From: a virus
Taxonomy: Duplodnaviria > Caudoviricetes
Virus record (IMG/VR): IMGVR_UViG_3300027365_000013
Span: 1-63,688 of that record
Length of the DNA: 63,688 nt
Strand: one strand, 5' to 3'
The translations under genes were made by a program, and so were the position numbers. A model generated the notes under the pieces. It was given only the letters and a program-made list of their open reading frames with translations, was not told the origin of the DNA and made no database searches. Below are positions 1-10,516 of this stretch, in pieces (the first letter of the stretch is position 1; every line of letters begins with the position of its first letter).

Positions 1-23
1 AAGAAATACAATACGGATATAAA

Positions 24-1727
24 ATGATGCATGATCTGAATAATGTTTTAAATGAATCTTATAAGCTTGAGGAAGGCGCTAAGTTTGGACAGAAAGAAGT
101 GAGCGATATTCTTTCTCGCTCTGGTGACTTTAACATTGGTATTGAGTATGAATTTAATATTGATCGTGAAAGGTATGACCCAGATGATGTAAGACCATTG
201 TTACAAAAAGGTTTTGGTATAGAACACATCTATAGTGTTGTGGGTGAACATGATGAAATGACTGAGGTCATTACTGAAAAAATGAATTTAAAAGATGCCA
301 TTACCAATATAAAAGGAATGTTTAAATTTCTTAATAGTGATCTAGCGGAAGTTAGAAGTTTTGCTGGTATGCATATCTCTATATCTTCCAATAAGTATGA
401 TATGAGTGATTTCAATAGGTCTAAGTTTATGGTTATGCTTAACTCTGAATATATCCACAAACACTTTCCCGAGCGTAGACATGTTAACGACGTAAGCAAA
501 TACATATCCAATGCTATGAAAAAATTCAAAAGATATAATAAAGGTAGAGCATTTACTGAAGATACTATAGATACTATCGAAAGTATTATTTCAGATACCT
601 TAGATACAAAATACATAACTGCTACGCTAAAAGACTTTAATATGATGGATGGCCGCATTGAGTTGAGGTTCTTTGGCGGTGAGAACTATCAAAATATGTA
701 TGCTGATATCAAGCAGCAAATGTTACGTGCTTTGTTTATAATGGAATTGGCATATACTGACCTGTATCAGAAAGAGTATTACAAAGAGCTTTATAAATTT
801 ATTAAAAAAGATGATATTTCAATAGAGTTGGATAGAAAAGATAAAAAAGATTTATTGGCTGCATTATCTCAAGAAAATTCAAGTAGAGTTTTAGATATTT
901 TAAAAAGAATATCAGATAGATTAGACCCACAAGAAACCTATGAAGGTTTAGATAGTGGTATGCAAAAGAGAATAAAGAATCTATTTAAGAAAGACCCTCA
1001 GAGTGCTTTTGAGTTTGCAGAAGAAGTTATGCGAGGTAAGTTCGAAGAGGGTGAGCCGGTCATTGCTGAGAATGCCAGAACTTCTTATTTTTATGCTCTA
1101 TTAAACCGTGAGAGATTTCCTGAAGGCGAAGAGAAAATGTTTGAAGAATTAGACCTTCATGAAATAGAACATTACGTAAATGCAGTAAGCCAGTTTAATA
1201 ATTATGATAAAATAGAAGCCATTGAAATGATCAACAACATGCCTGAAAGTCTTATGGAAAACTTAGTGGCAACTGTTATGGATAACAGGGGTGAAGAATT
1301 GACTCAGGAAATGGGCGAGAAAATATTTTCGCTAAGTGCACGTTCCGCAGAATTCGCGGTTGAATATTTGTTAAATGACTCTGATGTTAGAAACGCAAAT
1401 ACGTTTGCTTATACTTTTAACAATGCTTATTTGAAAACTTACGAAACTTCTCTGATAGATGAAGAAGATATAATGGAAAGAGTAAGGAACGAAAAAAGCC
1501 CAAGCACAATTGAAGACATGGTTTCAAATGTGTATTTCTCTGACGAACAAAGTATTGAATTAATTGATAAAATATATGATATATTTAAAAAAGTTGGATT
1601 AGGTATCGATGAAGATGGTCATGTTGATATGCGTGTTGGACGAATGATTAGTGATACGATTGTAAATAAAAGTCCAACCGTTAAAGAATACTTTGAAAAC
1701 AAGATAGGACAATTAATGAGGGAATAA
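24..1727 (+). CDS. Putative amidoligase (COOH-NH2 ligase-type) domain protein with helical C-terminal region
   Basis: Motifs GIEYEF, EVIT, GMHISIS and IELRFFGG match the glutamine-synthetase-like amidoligase pattern; leader LNESYKLEE. Confidence 0.6.
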   Translation: MMHDLNNVLNESYKLEEGAKFGQKEVSDILSRSGDFNIGIEYEFNIDRERYDPDDVRPLLQKGFGIEHIYSVVGEHDEMTEVITEKMNLKDAITNIKGMFKFLNSDLAEVRSFAGMHISISSNKYDMSDFNRSKFMVMLNSEYIHKHFPERRHVNDVSKYISNAMKKFKRYNKGRAFTEDTIDTIESIISDTLDTKYITATLKDFNMMDGRIELRFFGGENYQNMYADIKQQMLRALFIMELAYTDLYQKEYYKELYKFIKKDDISIELDRKDKKDLLAALSQENSSRVLDILKRISDRLDPQETYEGLDSGMQKRIKNLFKKDPQSAFEFAEEVMRGKFEEGEPVIAENARTSYFYALLNRERFPEGEEKMFEELDLHEIEHYVNAVSQFNNYDKIEAIEMINNMPESLMENLVATVMDNRGEELTQEMGEKIFSLSARSAEFAVEYLLNDSDVRNANTFAYTFNNAYLKTYETSLIDEEDIMERVRNEKSPSTIEDMVSNVYFSDEQSIELIDKIYDIFKKVGLGIDEDGHVDMRVGRMISDTIVNKSPTVKEYFENKIGQLMRE

Positions 1728-1738
1728 TCCCTCATTAA
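1713..1738. terminator. Hairpin between convergent genes
   Basis: ttaatgaggga-ataa-tccctcattaa inverted repeat at convergent stops. Confidence 0.6.
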
Positions 1739-1965
1739 AAGTCAACCGTCACTTTTTGTTGCACAAGCCGTGCGTGTTCAGACGATGTATAAAAAGGATA
1801 CAACCAGATAAGGTTACGTGCACGTAGCCACGATTTAAACCCAATGTGGTAAGCACCTTTAGCAAATGCATCATCTTGACGCTCTTCAATATCAAGACCT
1901 TCGTCTTTCATGAATTTTTTAAACTCTTCGTGTTCTTCGTTCAAAAGATCGTCTACTGATGACAT
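1735..1965 (-). CDS. Hypothetical protein
   Basis: 76-aa ORF translationally coupled to the upstream ORF. Confidence 0.6.
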   Translation of the reverse strand: MSSVDDLLNEEHEEFKKFMKDEGLDIEERQDDAFAKGAYHIGFKSWLRARNLIWLYPFYTSSEHARLVQQKVTVDF

Positions 1966-2354
1966 TATTCTTCCTCCTGTTGGGCTTTACGTTGTGCGAG
2001 TGCAAAAGGACATGCTACGTCTTGATCGTTTTCATCCACTGTCGGAAGCAGATCAACATAATGAGTATAGTTCTCAATGACCCACTCAGAAGATTCATGC
2101 TTGGGGCGATCCATTTTATCAGTATAGGTCATCAGATACAGAGCCATACCGTGAGGGAAAGGAATACCAGCGTCCTCCCATTCACCTTTATACTGGTAGC
2201 CTTTGTCACCGTGTGCACTAATGATACCAGCACATCCAGTGTCTTCAAGGCTTGCTCCGAAAACAGCATACCAAAAGGTAGGAAGGTGTTTGTCGAGCCA
2301 TTTGTAGTGGTTTACGATGTCCATAAAAATCCCCATCTGAATATTTAAATACAT
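1965..2354 (-). CDS. Hypothetical protein (start may be the internal Met of MDIVNH)
   Basis: ORF in the minus-strand gene run. Confidence 0.6.
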   Translation of the reverse strand: MYLNIQMGIFMDIVNHYKWLDKHLPTFWYAVFGASLEDTGCAGIISAHGDKGYQYKGEWEDAGIPFPHGMALYLMTYTDKMDRPKHESSEWVIENYTHYVDLLPTVDENDQDVACPFALAQRKAQQEEE

Positions 2355-2399
2355 TATAAATCAGATAGGGATTGGTTTCAAGTCTTTTAACAAAAATTA

Positions 2400-3479
2400 T
2401 TACATATCTTCGTCTTCGTCTTCCATTTCACTTTCGATTTCGTCTACATAATCCCTGTACTCTTCGACAAACTCAGATACGGTGTATTCGTTATAGTCAC
2501 CAACTAATGACGTAGCACCTATGTCATCCATACTAAAACCGTGTACATCCATAACCGCTTGGGTTTTTAAGTTTTCTTCATTGAGGTAAATGGACTCAAA
2601 CATGGTTGCTGGTATTCTTCCTAGATATCCAAAGACACCAAGCTTAGTGTTTAGAGACGATTTATCGCGCACTTGATCTAATTGATCTTTAGGAACAAAA
2701 GATGTTAAATTTGTTTTAAAGGTTAGATTTCCATCTGTTGCGTATTGCATAATATCATCATAACCAAGACTCATAGTAAGTTCATGTTCATAACCATAAA
2801 CGTCAATAGCTACATCATAGTCAAGTATTAGCTTATCTACATCTGGAATCTTTAGTTTTATTACAACTGGAAAAGAATCATTGTTAGTAGCAGATGTATT
2901 GGCATGAAAATCTGCACGTTCGGGATTGAGTGTTACGAATACCTTACCGCTATGTTGAATTTTATCATAATTAGTTTTACCTTCCTGTGGACGAATACCA
3001 GTCTTTATGATTTTCTTAAGAGCGTTTAGATCAGTCCCATGATAGAAGAATTTCTCTGATAGAGGCTTTAAAAATTCTTCCTTAGTCTGTTCGTACTCAA
3101 ATTCATATTCATTATCCGAACTGAAGTTAACACCTTGCACGACAACTCTCTCAATTTCTAACTCGTCCATGATCTTTAGAAGCGTCTTAGAAGCCGTAGA
3201 ATGCCTATAGTTTCCATCACCAATAAGGTAAAGGGCACCGTTTAAAATCCTGCCCATAACGATATCAGGGTACGTGTCATCTGCCATATCACCATTCAGG
3301 TCATAGATATCTGCATATTCGGGGAATCCGTCTTCACGTTCGGCATTTAATGTATCATACATGTCTTGATAGACTTCAGTTTGTTCTTCAACATCTTCAT
3401 TATCTAGCAACCAAAGATGTTGTTTATAACCAATAGCAAACTCGCCTTCGCCTTTTTTAAATAACTCATTTAATTTCAC
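2400..3479 (-). CDS. ADP-ribosyltransferase-fold (YHGT-type) protein, candidate head-internal protein
   Basis: FFYHGT...IIKTGI...VFVT...GRIP motifs; leader MKLNELF. Confidence 0.55.
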   Translation of the reverse strand: MKLNELFKKGEGEFAIGYKQHLWLLDNEDVEEQTEVYQDMYDTLNAEREDGFPEYADIYDLNGDMADDTYPDIVMGRILNGALYLIGDGNYRHSTASKTLLKIMDELEIERVVVQGVNFSSDNEYEFEYEQTKEEFLKPLSEKFFYHGTDLNALKKIIKTGIRPQEGKTNYDKIQHSGKVFVTLNPERADFHANTSATNNDSFPVVIKLKIPDVDKLILDYDVAIDVYGYEHELTMSLGYDDIMQYATDGNLTFKTNLTSFVPKDQLDQVRDKSSLNTKLGVFGYLGRIPATMFESIYLNEENLKTQAVMDVHGFSMDDIGATSLVGDYNEYTVSEFVEEYRDYVDEIESEMEDEDEDM

Positions 3480-4414
3480 TGCAATAATCTCCTTATGAAT
3501 TCTTCACCGTCGTCGCTCATTGGCACTATGTAATATTCTTTACACTGAAATACTATTTCAGAACGTTTAATACTGTCTGTAATTTCATCTACTACAATAG
3601 ACTTTCTAAAGGTATCAATAGGTGTGAAAAGATCATCGGTTTCTAAGGTATGTCTGAGTCTTGAGAATAAATCAAACACGTCCCTATAAGTTCCCTGTGC
3701 CATAGAATCTGCCTCTTCTGAAGGGTGTACGTCCAGAAGGTCATCTGCTTCAGCAACAATACGGTCGAGTAAAATAATATCTTTCTGAACCATTTCCATT
3801 GGGTGTGATAGTATGTCTCTAATTTTGTCAATTAATGTGAAAAGCTTAGAAACAAATTCTTCACCTCTTTCGTGGAATATCTTATCGACGTTATTAAAAA
3901 TATATTCTTTTTGATATTCCAATCCAATTGCATAATCATAAACCCTATCGATTTCATAGGACACTTTTGCCAAACGATTTAAAGATTCATTGTTCACATT
4001 GATATCACCATTAGTGACATTTGAGTAATAGTGATAACGATAGTTACCTTTGGGAATAAAGTAGTACCAATCATCTACGCCTACACCATCAAAATCACTA
4101 GGATCAAAAGCAATGGTGGAAACAGCATACTGGTATCTGGATGGAATGTTATGATCTTTTAGATAGCGTTCTAATGAAGTTTGAAAAAGGTCATTATAAA
4201 ATATATTTCCATGTGCTTCACGATAAGACATGGTAGGAATGACGTGCATTTCGTCATAGGGCAGATCATCATTCCCACGATATATAAAAAGACCTTTCTT
4301 TAGGAACTCGTTGATAAACTTAGATGAATTTTTCTTAACACTTTCGATAACCTCTTCACTGAGGAAATCTTCTGTACTAGCGTCAGCATATTCAAGTAGA
4401 TGTTTTATTTTCAT
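3476..4414 (-). CDS. Late protein of a paralog family, possible R-S-E ART fold
   Basis: IYRG...R...VST...YYFIPKGNY...SEIV; leader MKIKHLLE; CATAAATA upstream at 4440-4447. Confidence 0.5.
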   Translation of the reverse strand: MKIKHLLEYADASTEDFLSEEVIESVKKNSSKFINEFLKKGLFIYRGNDDLPYDEMHVIPTMSYREAHGNIFYNDLFQTSLERYLKDHNIPSRYQYAVSTIAFDPSDFDGVGVDDWYYFIPKGNYRYHYYSNVTNGDINVNNESLNRLAKVSYEIDRVYDYAIGLEYQKEYIFNNVDKIFHERGEEFVSKLFTLIDKIRDILSHPMEMVQKDIILLDRIVAEADDLLDVHPSEEADSMAQGTYRDVFDLFSRLRHTLETDDLFTPIDTFRKSIVVDEITDSIKRSEIVFQCKEYYIVPMSDDGEEFIRRLLQ

Positions 4415-4452
4415 AAATAATACCTTTATTTTATAGTATTATTTATGAAATA

Positions 4453-4692
4453 TTATTCATGAATGATTGAGTTTTCGAAAGCCTTATTTTCGTAATATGC
4501 ATCAAATACTTCTTCTATCATAAAACGACATTTTATGATTTTATTTGAGCTAATATCCACAACACTTTCCGCAAGCTGTAACATACGTATATCAGAAGGT
4601 TGTGATTTTATTGCTTCTTGGTAAGTGCTTGTATTACTATAGTAATAACGAATTCTTTTACCATCTTTATTCTTTCTATCGATGTGCAACAT
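4453..4692 (-). CDS. Hypothetical protein
   Basis: 79-aa ORF coupled to its neighbour. Confidence 0.55.
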   Translation of the reverse strand: MLHIDRKNKDGKRIRYYYSNTSTYQEAIKSQPSDIRMLQLAESVVDISSNKIIKCRFMIEEVFDAYYENKAFENSIIHE

Positions 4693-5033
4693 TATCTATC
4701 TTCTCCCAATAAGTAATCCAACATGCGCCTATGATATTTCTCATCAACATCATAACCTTCATCATATTTCTTAAGCATTTCTTTATGATAATAAATTTGT
4801 CCTTCAAGATCATCCTTGCTTACGACTCTGGCGTTTTTCTTTTTGACAAGTTTTCCATTTACAATATCGTATTGAGCTAATTGATTTAGCCGATACATTA
4901 TAGAGGTTTTAACTTCAGGATGGTCTAAGTTTAATGATACTCTAATACCACCACCTAGACCACCGTATTCATCTACACTATACTTCTCAAGTTTCTTTCT
5001 ACGTTTGAACAATTTTCTTAAAAGGTAAAACAT
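4692..5033 (-). CDS. Hypothetical protein
   Basis: 113-aa ORF in an operon-like run. Confidence 0.6.
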   Translation of the reverse strand: MFYLLRKLFKRRKKLEKYSVDEYGGLGGGIRVSLNLDHPEVKTSIMYRLNQLAQYDIVNGKLVKKKNARVVSKDDLEGQIYYHKEMLKKYDEGYDVDEKYHRRMLDYLLGEDR

Positions 5034-5035
5034 TG

Positions 5036-6727
5036 TTACTCTTCTTTTTCTTTGAAGTACTCCAACTCAATATCGTTTTCTCTAAAGGCTTCTTCAATCA
5101 CTTCGTCAGTAAGCATACTTTCATCAAAATCCATATAACCATAATATGGCTGTTCGACTTTGAAGTGGTCACCAATCTCTTCTTCAACTGGCTCACTACC
5201 TCTAATAAGGCTATCTACATAATTATAAACATCATTGTCTTTTATTACAAAATTCTTACCATCTGCGAAATCATGTGCATACATATCTTCAAAGTGTAGT
5301 TCAGTTGTAAAGTCAGTTATTGCACTTTGAACATTTTCTACTAGTTCAGCCATTGAACCAGACTCATATGCATCATCATTTAAACGATCTAATGCAGTCT
5401 TAACGTCATCTGCTATGTTCTCAATGATTTCATCCAAGTTATCTTCAACATATTGTATGTCATACTCGTCTTCTTCAATACCTTGGAAATCTATTATATC
5501 CTCTTTATACAAATTGTAAATATGTAATGTGACAGAATCCTGTATCTTTCCTATGAAGTTATCCTCCATAAATCCCTTATAGCTGTCTATAGCAGGTGCT
5601 TCGAAGAAGTCAAAATATCCTTCTCGTATTGTAGATAGTTCAGGTGCTGCATTTTCTAAACCGTTATATACTTTGAACTTTCCATCTTCAGTGTCATAAT
5701 GGATTTCATAATCAGACCCATGGTAATGTTCACTTAGAATATTGTCTACTATATCTACAATCTTCTTAGGTGACCCCTCTCCCTGTTTAAACTTTTCAGT
5801 TTCTTTCTTCAATGGTAATAGTTGGGTACCCGCAGAATCTACAAACTCATCGCCTTTAATTTCACGAAGCTTCTTGAGCATGTCATCAGACAGATCGTCT
5901 AGTTCAAAATTATTTTCAGGCTCATATCCACCGCCCACAATCCCCTCAATTATAGGAAGTTTCAATAACTCAAAAATGTGCTTATGGTATCGTGGTGCAG
6001 GTTTATCGTTGCCACGCCCTTTCATTTCCCCGAGGAAACCATTGTTGAATATGAAGGTCAAATGAGGCTTAAAGTATGTGTCACCACCTACATTTACTTT
6101 TGTTCTGAGTGAAAAAACACGATCACCGGGTTTTTCAGATGGTGTATTACCACAATGCCCCATAGATTCGGCTTCGTCTTCACAAGATCCCTTACCCAAA
6201 TCATACCAAGCCATATCTCCAAAGTCTATCAAAACTTTTTCAGATCCACTCTTGGGTATCAAGTTTTCTTGAGACAGTTCTATAAACTCGTCCTCATACG
6301 CTTTTAAGTCTTCAATGGGTGTTTTGGATTCACTGGGGTTATAATTTTGAATTTTAGAATAGTTTACGCCTAAAAGATGGGACAGGTAATCGAATACTTC
6401 AGAAGCTTTGTAATCCCGATACTTAACTTTTTTCATCAGCGTTTGATCACCAATTTCTTCTGAAATGGTATATAGCATATTCGACTTCAAAACATCGGCA
6501 ACCAATGTTTTCCAAGTATTGGGAAAGTTTTTAAATATAGGCGTTGTTTTAAACTTTTTCCAAGTTTTTTCAGTAGTCGTTATTACTGGTTCGATCTGAT
6601 CTAAATTCTCAGCATATTTGTTTTTGATACCTTCTACTGACTGTTTGAGAAGATCATCGCCTTTACCTTCGGTGATCAACATAGCATCGTCAATAACAGA
6701 ACGCAATTCTTTCATTGATAGTGACAT
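5036..6727 (-). CDS. PcfJ-like domain protein, candidate head-internal protein
   Basis: EAESMGHCG...VFSLR...PHLT...EMKGRGN motif; LITE|G leader; TATAAATA at 6760-6767. Confidence 0.55.
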   Translation of the reverse strand: MSLSMKELRSVIDDAMLITEGKGDDLLKQSVEGIKNKYAENLDQIEPVITTTEKTWKKFKTTPIFKNFPNTWKTLVADVLKSNMLYTISEEIGDQTLMKKVKYRDYKASEVFDYLSHLLGVNYSKIQNYNPSESKTPIEDLKAYEDEFIELSQENLIPKSGSEKVLIDFGDMAWYDLGKGSCEDEAESMGHCGNTPSEKPGDRVFSLRTKVNVGGDTYFKPHLTFIFNNGFLGEMKGRGNDKPAPRYHKHIFELLKLPIIEGIVGGGYEPENNFELDDLSDDMLKKLREIKGDEFVDSAGTQLLPLKKETEKFKQGEGSPKKIVDIVDNILSEHYHGSDYEIHYDTEDGKFKVYNGLENAAPELSTIREGYFDFFEAPAIDSYKGFMEDNFIGKIQDSVTLHIYNLYKEDIIDFQGIEEDEYDIQYVEDNLDEIIENIADDVKTALDRLNDDAYESGSMAELVENVQSAITDFTTELHFEDMYAHDFADGKNFVIKDNDVYNYVDSLIRGSEPVEEEIGDHFKVEQPYYGYMDFDESMLTDEVIEEAFRENDIELEYFKEKEE

Positions 6728-6759
6728 CGTAATTATCCTCCATTATAGTTAACTACTGA

Positions 6760-6767
6760 TATTTATA
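6760..6767 (-). promoter_or_regulatory. T4-type late promoter TATAAATA
   Basis: Exact consensus ~33 bp upstream of the 6727 start. Confidence 0.7.
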
Positions 6768-6796
6768 GATCAATAATGGATAAAGATAATAACGAT

Positions 6797-7048
6797 TTAT
6801 GCCACGTCCCTGCCAATTCCAACAAGTTCATTAAAATCAAAATCATTATTCGATTTAACCCAAAAAGGTGGAGAATGCATAACATAATTACCAAGAATGC
6901 TACAGCTAAAGCTATGTTCTTGCATCCTTTCTTCTTGATACTCCATGAAAAATCCACGGAACAAACTGAAACGTGGGATAAATCTAGTACGACCAGTTCG
7001 TACAATTGTAGTAGTATCGTCAATAGTTTTTACGACTCGTGAACTCAT
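6797..7048 (-). CDS. Hypothetical protein
   Basis: 83-aa ORF in the minus-strand run. Confidence 0.5.
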   Translation of the reverse strand: MSSRVVKTIDDTTTIVRTGRTRFIPRFSLFRGFFMEYQEERMQEHSFSCSILGNYVMHSPPFWVKSNNDFDFNELVGIGRDVA

Positions 7049-7050
7049 AT

Positions 7051-7461
7051 TCAGTACTCCCGACGTAGGTTAATGAAATCCATACTGTCATTCAAAGTAT
7101 AATTGCCATCGTAGGGCACAGTAACTATAAATCCGAGTTCGCGACATTTTTGGCCATTATGACCTTGATCAGAAGGACGACTGAAAGTACCGACAATCTT
7201 AAATTTATTCCGAAGTTCTTCCTCACGCTTCTTTTCAGGGCTACCAGATTGATTAAGAATGTTCCTAAGAAAATGTTCGTCAATACCAAGAGCATCCATC
7301 ATGGTTTCTACAGCCTCGCCATATGCTTGTAGAGACGAATTGCTCTTGAGCGCTTCCTTTTGTTTATCAGACTTAAACATACCGTAGATACCCAGAAGTT
7401 CTTTAAGAGCAGTACGGTCACAACCATTGGGTACGTTTCTCAGATATTCACTTTTACTCAT
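7051..7461 (-). CDS. Hypothetical protein
   Basis: 136-aa ORF. Confidence 0.65.
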   Translation of the reverse strand: MSKSEYLRNVPNGCDRTALKELLGIYGMFKSDKQKEALKSNSSLQAYGEAVETMMDALGIDEHFLRNILNQSGSPEKKREEELRNKFKIVGTFSRPSDQGHNGQKCRELGFIVTVPYDGNYTLNDSMDFINLRREY

Positions 7462-7903
7462 GGTATTATCTCAACCTTGTTTATGGATGTGTTTGATATT
7501 GACGTGCTTGAATTTATTATCGTTTACACCAGTAACAAAAGCAAATCCTCGCTGTCTTGAAAAGCTGTGAAATCGTACTTCGATTTCGGAATTCGATTTT
7601 ACCAGTCGTACTTTTTCATTTGTTTTAAAATTTTTCATAATTACCTCCTAAACAAAATGGTTTAGGAAGTAACCTAAACCATTTATTAAATCATTGTTAA
7701 TGTGGGAATAACGATACTCACGTAAAATTCCTCATGAATCTAAATACTTATCTTGTAGTATAACAGCAAGTGTACGGTATTTCAACCATTTTCTTTTATT
7801 TTTATAGTGATAGGCTTTTAGTCTAGAATCATTCTTAGTAAACTTTGCAATTGATTTAAATGTGTCTTCTAGGGAAATAGCCTGTTGGTATAATTCTTTG
7901 ATA

Positions 7904-8245
7904 CTATTTGTAATCATAATCCAGTCCCATAAACATGGAGTTAATATTATCACTCATATAACTATTATAAACAATCCACTTCATCATTATTTTAAATTTT
8001 TTCCAATTCCTGATGTTGTGTCTAAAATTAAATGTGTACCTAAGTAATGACATACTATACATTATAGGATAGTCATTTGCAAGCGTTACATCCATTATTT
8101 TATCAAAAATCTCATATTGACCGCGCTGGACGATTTTTCCATAGTACCTTATACAGGGAGTTAAGGTAGCCACGTTATGAACTTTCGGTATAAACTCGAA
8201 CAGTTCCTCAAGACTCTCGATTTCTCTAAAGCTCATAGTTCTCAT
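7904..8245 (-). CDS. Hypothetical protein
   Basis: 113-aa ORF overlapping the sigma factor stop. Confidence 0.55.
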   Translation of the reverse strand: MRTMSFREIESLEELFEFIPKVHNVATLTPCIRYYGKIVQRGQYEIFDKIMDVTLANDYPIMYSMSLLRYTFNFRHNIRNWKKFKIMMKWIVYNSYMSDNINSMFMGLDYDYK

Positions 8246-9023
8246 TGATGTATGACGCTAATCTTTTAATAGCTTGTCGCTCAATTTGCCTAATACGCTC
8301 AAGTGAAACACCATAGTCTTCAGATAACGAACTCAGTGTCTTCTTTTCACTATCCAGCCAACGTTTGTTGAGAATATCACGCTCACGATCATTGAGCGTA
8401 GGGATTGCTTCGTATAGTGCCTTAATTGATAGACTCTGTTGTTGTGAATTAACAATAGAAGTTTCAGGACTTTCAGTTTGAGCCACAACGTCGTGAACAT
8501 ACGTATTTGATTCATCTTCATAATCTGATCCTGTCGATGCTGGTACATACGATGTTCTCAATCGCGCCAACGCATCTTTTGCTTGTGACAAACTCATGTT
8601 GTAGTCTTTAGCAAAGTTACTCAAAGATTCTTCAGTAATGACTCCATTTGAGTTTTTATAATTATCAAGATTGAAAAATGCCCTACGATGCTCACGTGTA
8701 GTGATCGTTTTAACAATATTTTTGTTCTTAAAAACAAACTCATACATTGCACTTTTCACAAATGGAGCAACAAACGTTGACAATCGATTGCCTTTGGATT
8801 GGTCAAATCGTTCCAATGCATTGATGAATGCAATGACGCCTTCATTTACCATATCTTCAGTATCCATACCATAACCACGAAGTCCTTTCTCAATCTTTCC
8901 AATTAGAGGCATATATGCTTCAACAATACGATGTAGAGATTCATTGTCATCGTTTGTGATATATTTGTTATAAAGATCAGTTTCTTCTTCTAGTGTGAGA
9001 AATCTAACTTCACGACTACGCAT
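8226..9023 (-). CDS. rpoH: Sigma70-family factor, RpoH (sigma32)-like
   Basis: Region 2 (EDMVNEG...ERFD..KG.RLSTF), RpoH-box-like TTREHRRAFFNL, region 4 (YGVSLERIRQIE..AIKRL). Confidence 0.8.
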   Translation of the reverse strand: MRSREVRFLTLEEETDLYNKYITNDDNESLHRIVEAYMPLIGKIEKGLRGYGMDTEDMVNEGVIAFINALERFDQSKGNRLSTFVAPFVKSAMYEFVFKNKNIVKTITTREHRRAFFNLDNYKNSNGVITEESLSNFAKDYNMSLSQAKDALARLRTSYVPASTGSDYEDESNTYVHDVVAQTESPETSIVNSQQQSLSIKALYEAIPTLNDRERDILNKRWLDSEKKTLSSLSEDYGVSLERIRQIERQAIKRLASYINENYEL

Positions 9024-9202
9024 TAATGTTCCCCTTTGTGGTATTTTGTTTAAGGAAATGTATTACTTTAGGATCTTTCATATAGCTCTCAGAAGATCTA
9101 TAAGCGGTACCATAGCCATGAACTGAATAGTTCGGGCGTTTTATTTTAAACATTCGTAACAATCTATTAAGCATAGTATGATATATTTATATCTATATAA
9201 TG

Positions 9203-9538
9203 TCAATGTTTTTGTGATTCAATAATTTTCATTGACGCTTCCAATAAGCTGATTCCTTGACTTTCAGAAATTTCTTTTATTTCAGCAAAGGCTTTGGGGT
9301 ATTTTTCTTTTAGCTCAGCGTCACGAAGTTCTAAAATCACTGAATACTGTTCAATAAGAATTTCCCCATTATCCCCATCTCCGCCAACACTCCAAGAGAA
9401 ATGATCGTTATATTCTTGAAAGTCCAAATCATAGAGTTCTCTTAGATTTTGATTAGCTTCAGGGTGGTGGTTGGTTCCCTGTTCCCAACGTCCTTCTAAA
9501 ACCACACCATATTTTTCACAATCTTCTTTGAATGACAT
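9203..9538 (-). CDS. Hypothetical protein (start MSFKEDC)
   Basis: ATG adjacent to the previous stop with GGAGA RBS. Confidence 0.6.
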   Translation of the reverse strand: MSFKEDCEKYGVVLEGRWEQGTNHHPEANQNLRELYDLDFQEYNDHFSWSVGGDGDNGEILIEQYSVILELRDAELKEKYPKAFAEIKEISESQGISLLEASMKIIESQKH

Positions 9539-9539
9539 A

Positions 9540-10214
9540 TCACTTCTCCCACAATTTAATAACTTTAATTTTCTTATCGGGATAGTTATGAAGTACGTCC
9601 AGCATACGATTATTACCATCCACCAGTTCTAGTCCTTCACGCACAATACAAATGGGAATCTTAGTATCGATATCACGTGGATACTTCGTATCATTTTTAC
9701 GAACAAAGCCATTCTCATTAAAGCGAGTAACCACATCTTTCTTATTAATGCTGATAACTTCAGCAGTATTGCAATCCTTGATGGTATCAGCAGTGAAGTT
9801 GTATTCTAATTCAAGTACAAAAAGTACTTTATCCAGATCATTATCCATTTCAATCATTTCTTTGATACGGTTCTCTAGTAGATCATCGTTATTAAATGTG
9901 CCGGGACCAAGTTCATCACCGTAGTAACCACTACAAACATCTATGTCCCAGTTATCTTTTTCGTAGACGCCAGTATATACTTTTATTCGGTCAATACAGT
10001 ATAGCTCAATACCACTTGGCTTATAATTAACCCAACGTCCATTTTTACCACTATCTTCTTTAATAGTAATATAGGGGTCTGATACACTTTCTATTTCGAC
10101 GTTAGTTATGGTGCTACAACGACAAATAGAATCACAACCATTCGCTTCACAGTCGCGATACGTATCATAATCGGCATCAACACACCATCGATAGTTTCCG
10201 CTTACTTTAATCAT
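9540..10214 (-). CDS. Cys-rich N-terminus plus ParB/Srx-like C-terminal domain
   Basis: PICIV...LVDGNNR motif. Confidence 0.4.
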   Translation of the reverse strand: MIKVSGNYRWCVDADYDTYRDCEANGCDSICRCSTITNVEIESVSDPYITIKEDSGKNGRWVNYKPSGIELYCIDRIKVYTGVYEKDNWDIDVCSGYYGDELGPGTFNNDDLLENRIKEMIEMDNDLDKVLFVLELEYNFTADTIKDCNTAEVISINKKDVVTRFNENGFVRKNDTKYPRDIDTKIPICIVREGLELVDGNNRMLDVLHNYPDKKIKVIKLWEK

Positions 10215-10217
10215 TAT

Positions 10218-10511
10218 TCACCTTTTCAATTTCCAATCTTTATCACTGGTTGGGCCTTTATTAGGTCTTCGTTCTTGTTGGCTACCAACCTCAATTATTG
10301 GTTTTGCCGCCAACAGTCGATCAAGCCTTTCGGTAAAAGCATCTTCCATAACATTGATATGTTGGTGAGGGAGATCTTCATCGGTACAAATAACATTGAA
10401 CCCATGCATAGACAGAATTTCAGTAACAAGACCACACATGGTGGTCTTGCCTTTACCTGTACTTGCGCAAACTACAATTTTAATATCGCGCTCGTCATCC
10501 GTACACATCAT
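10218..10511 (-). CDS. Small P-loop-containing protein
   Basis: ASTGKGKTT Walker A. Confidence 0.5.
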   Translation of the reverse strand: MMCTDDERDIKIVVCASTGKGKTTMCGLVTEILSMHGFNVICTDEDLPHQHINVMEDAFTERLDRLLAAKPIIEVGSQQERRPNKGPTSDKDWKLKR

Positions 10512-10516
10512 CTACC

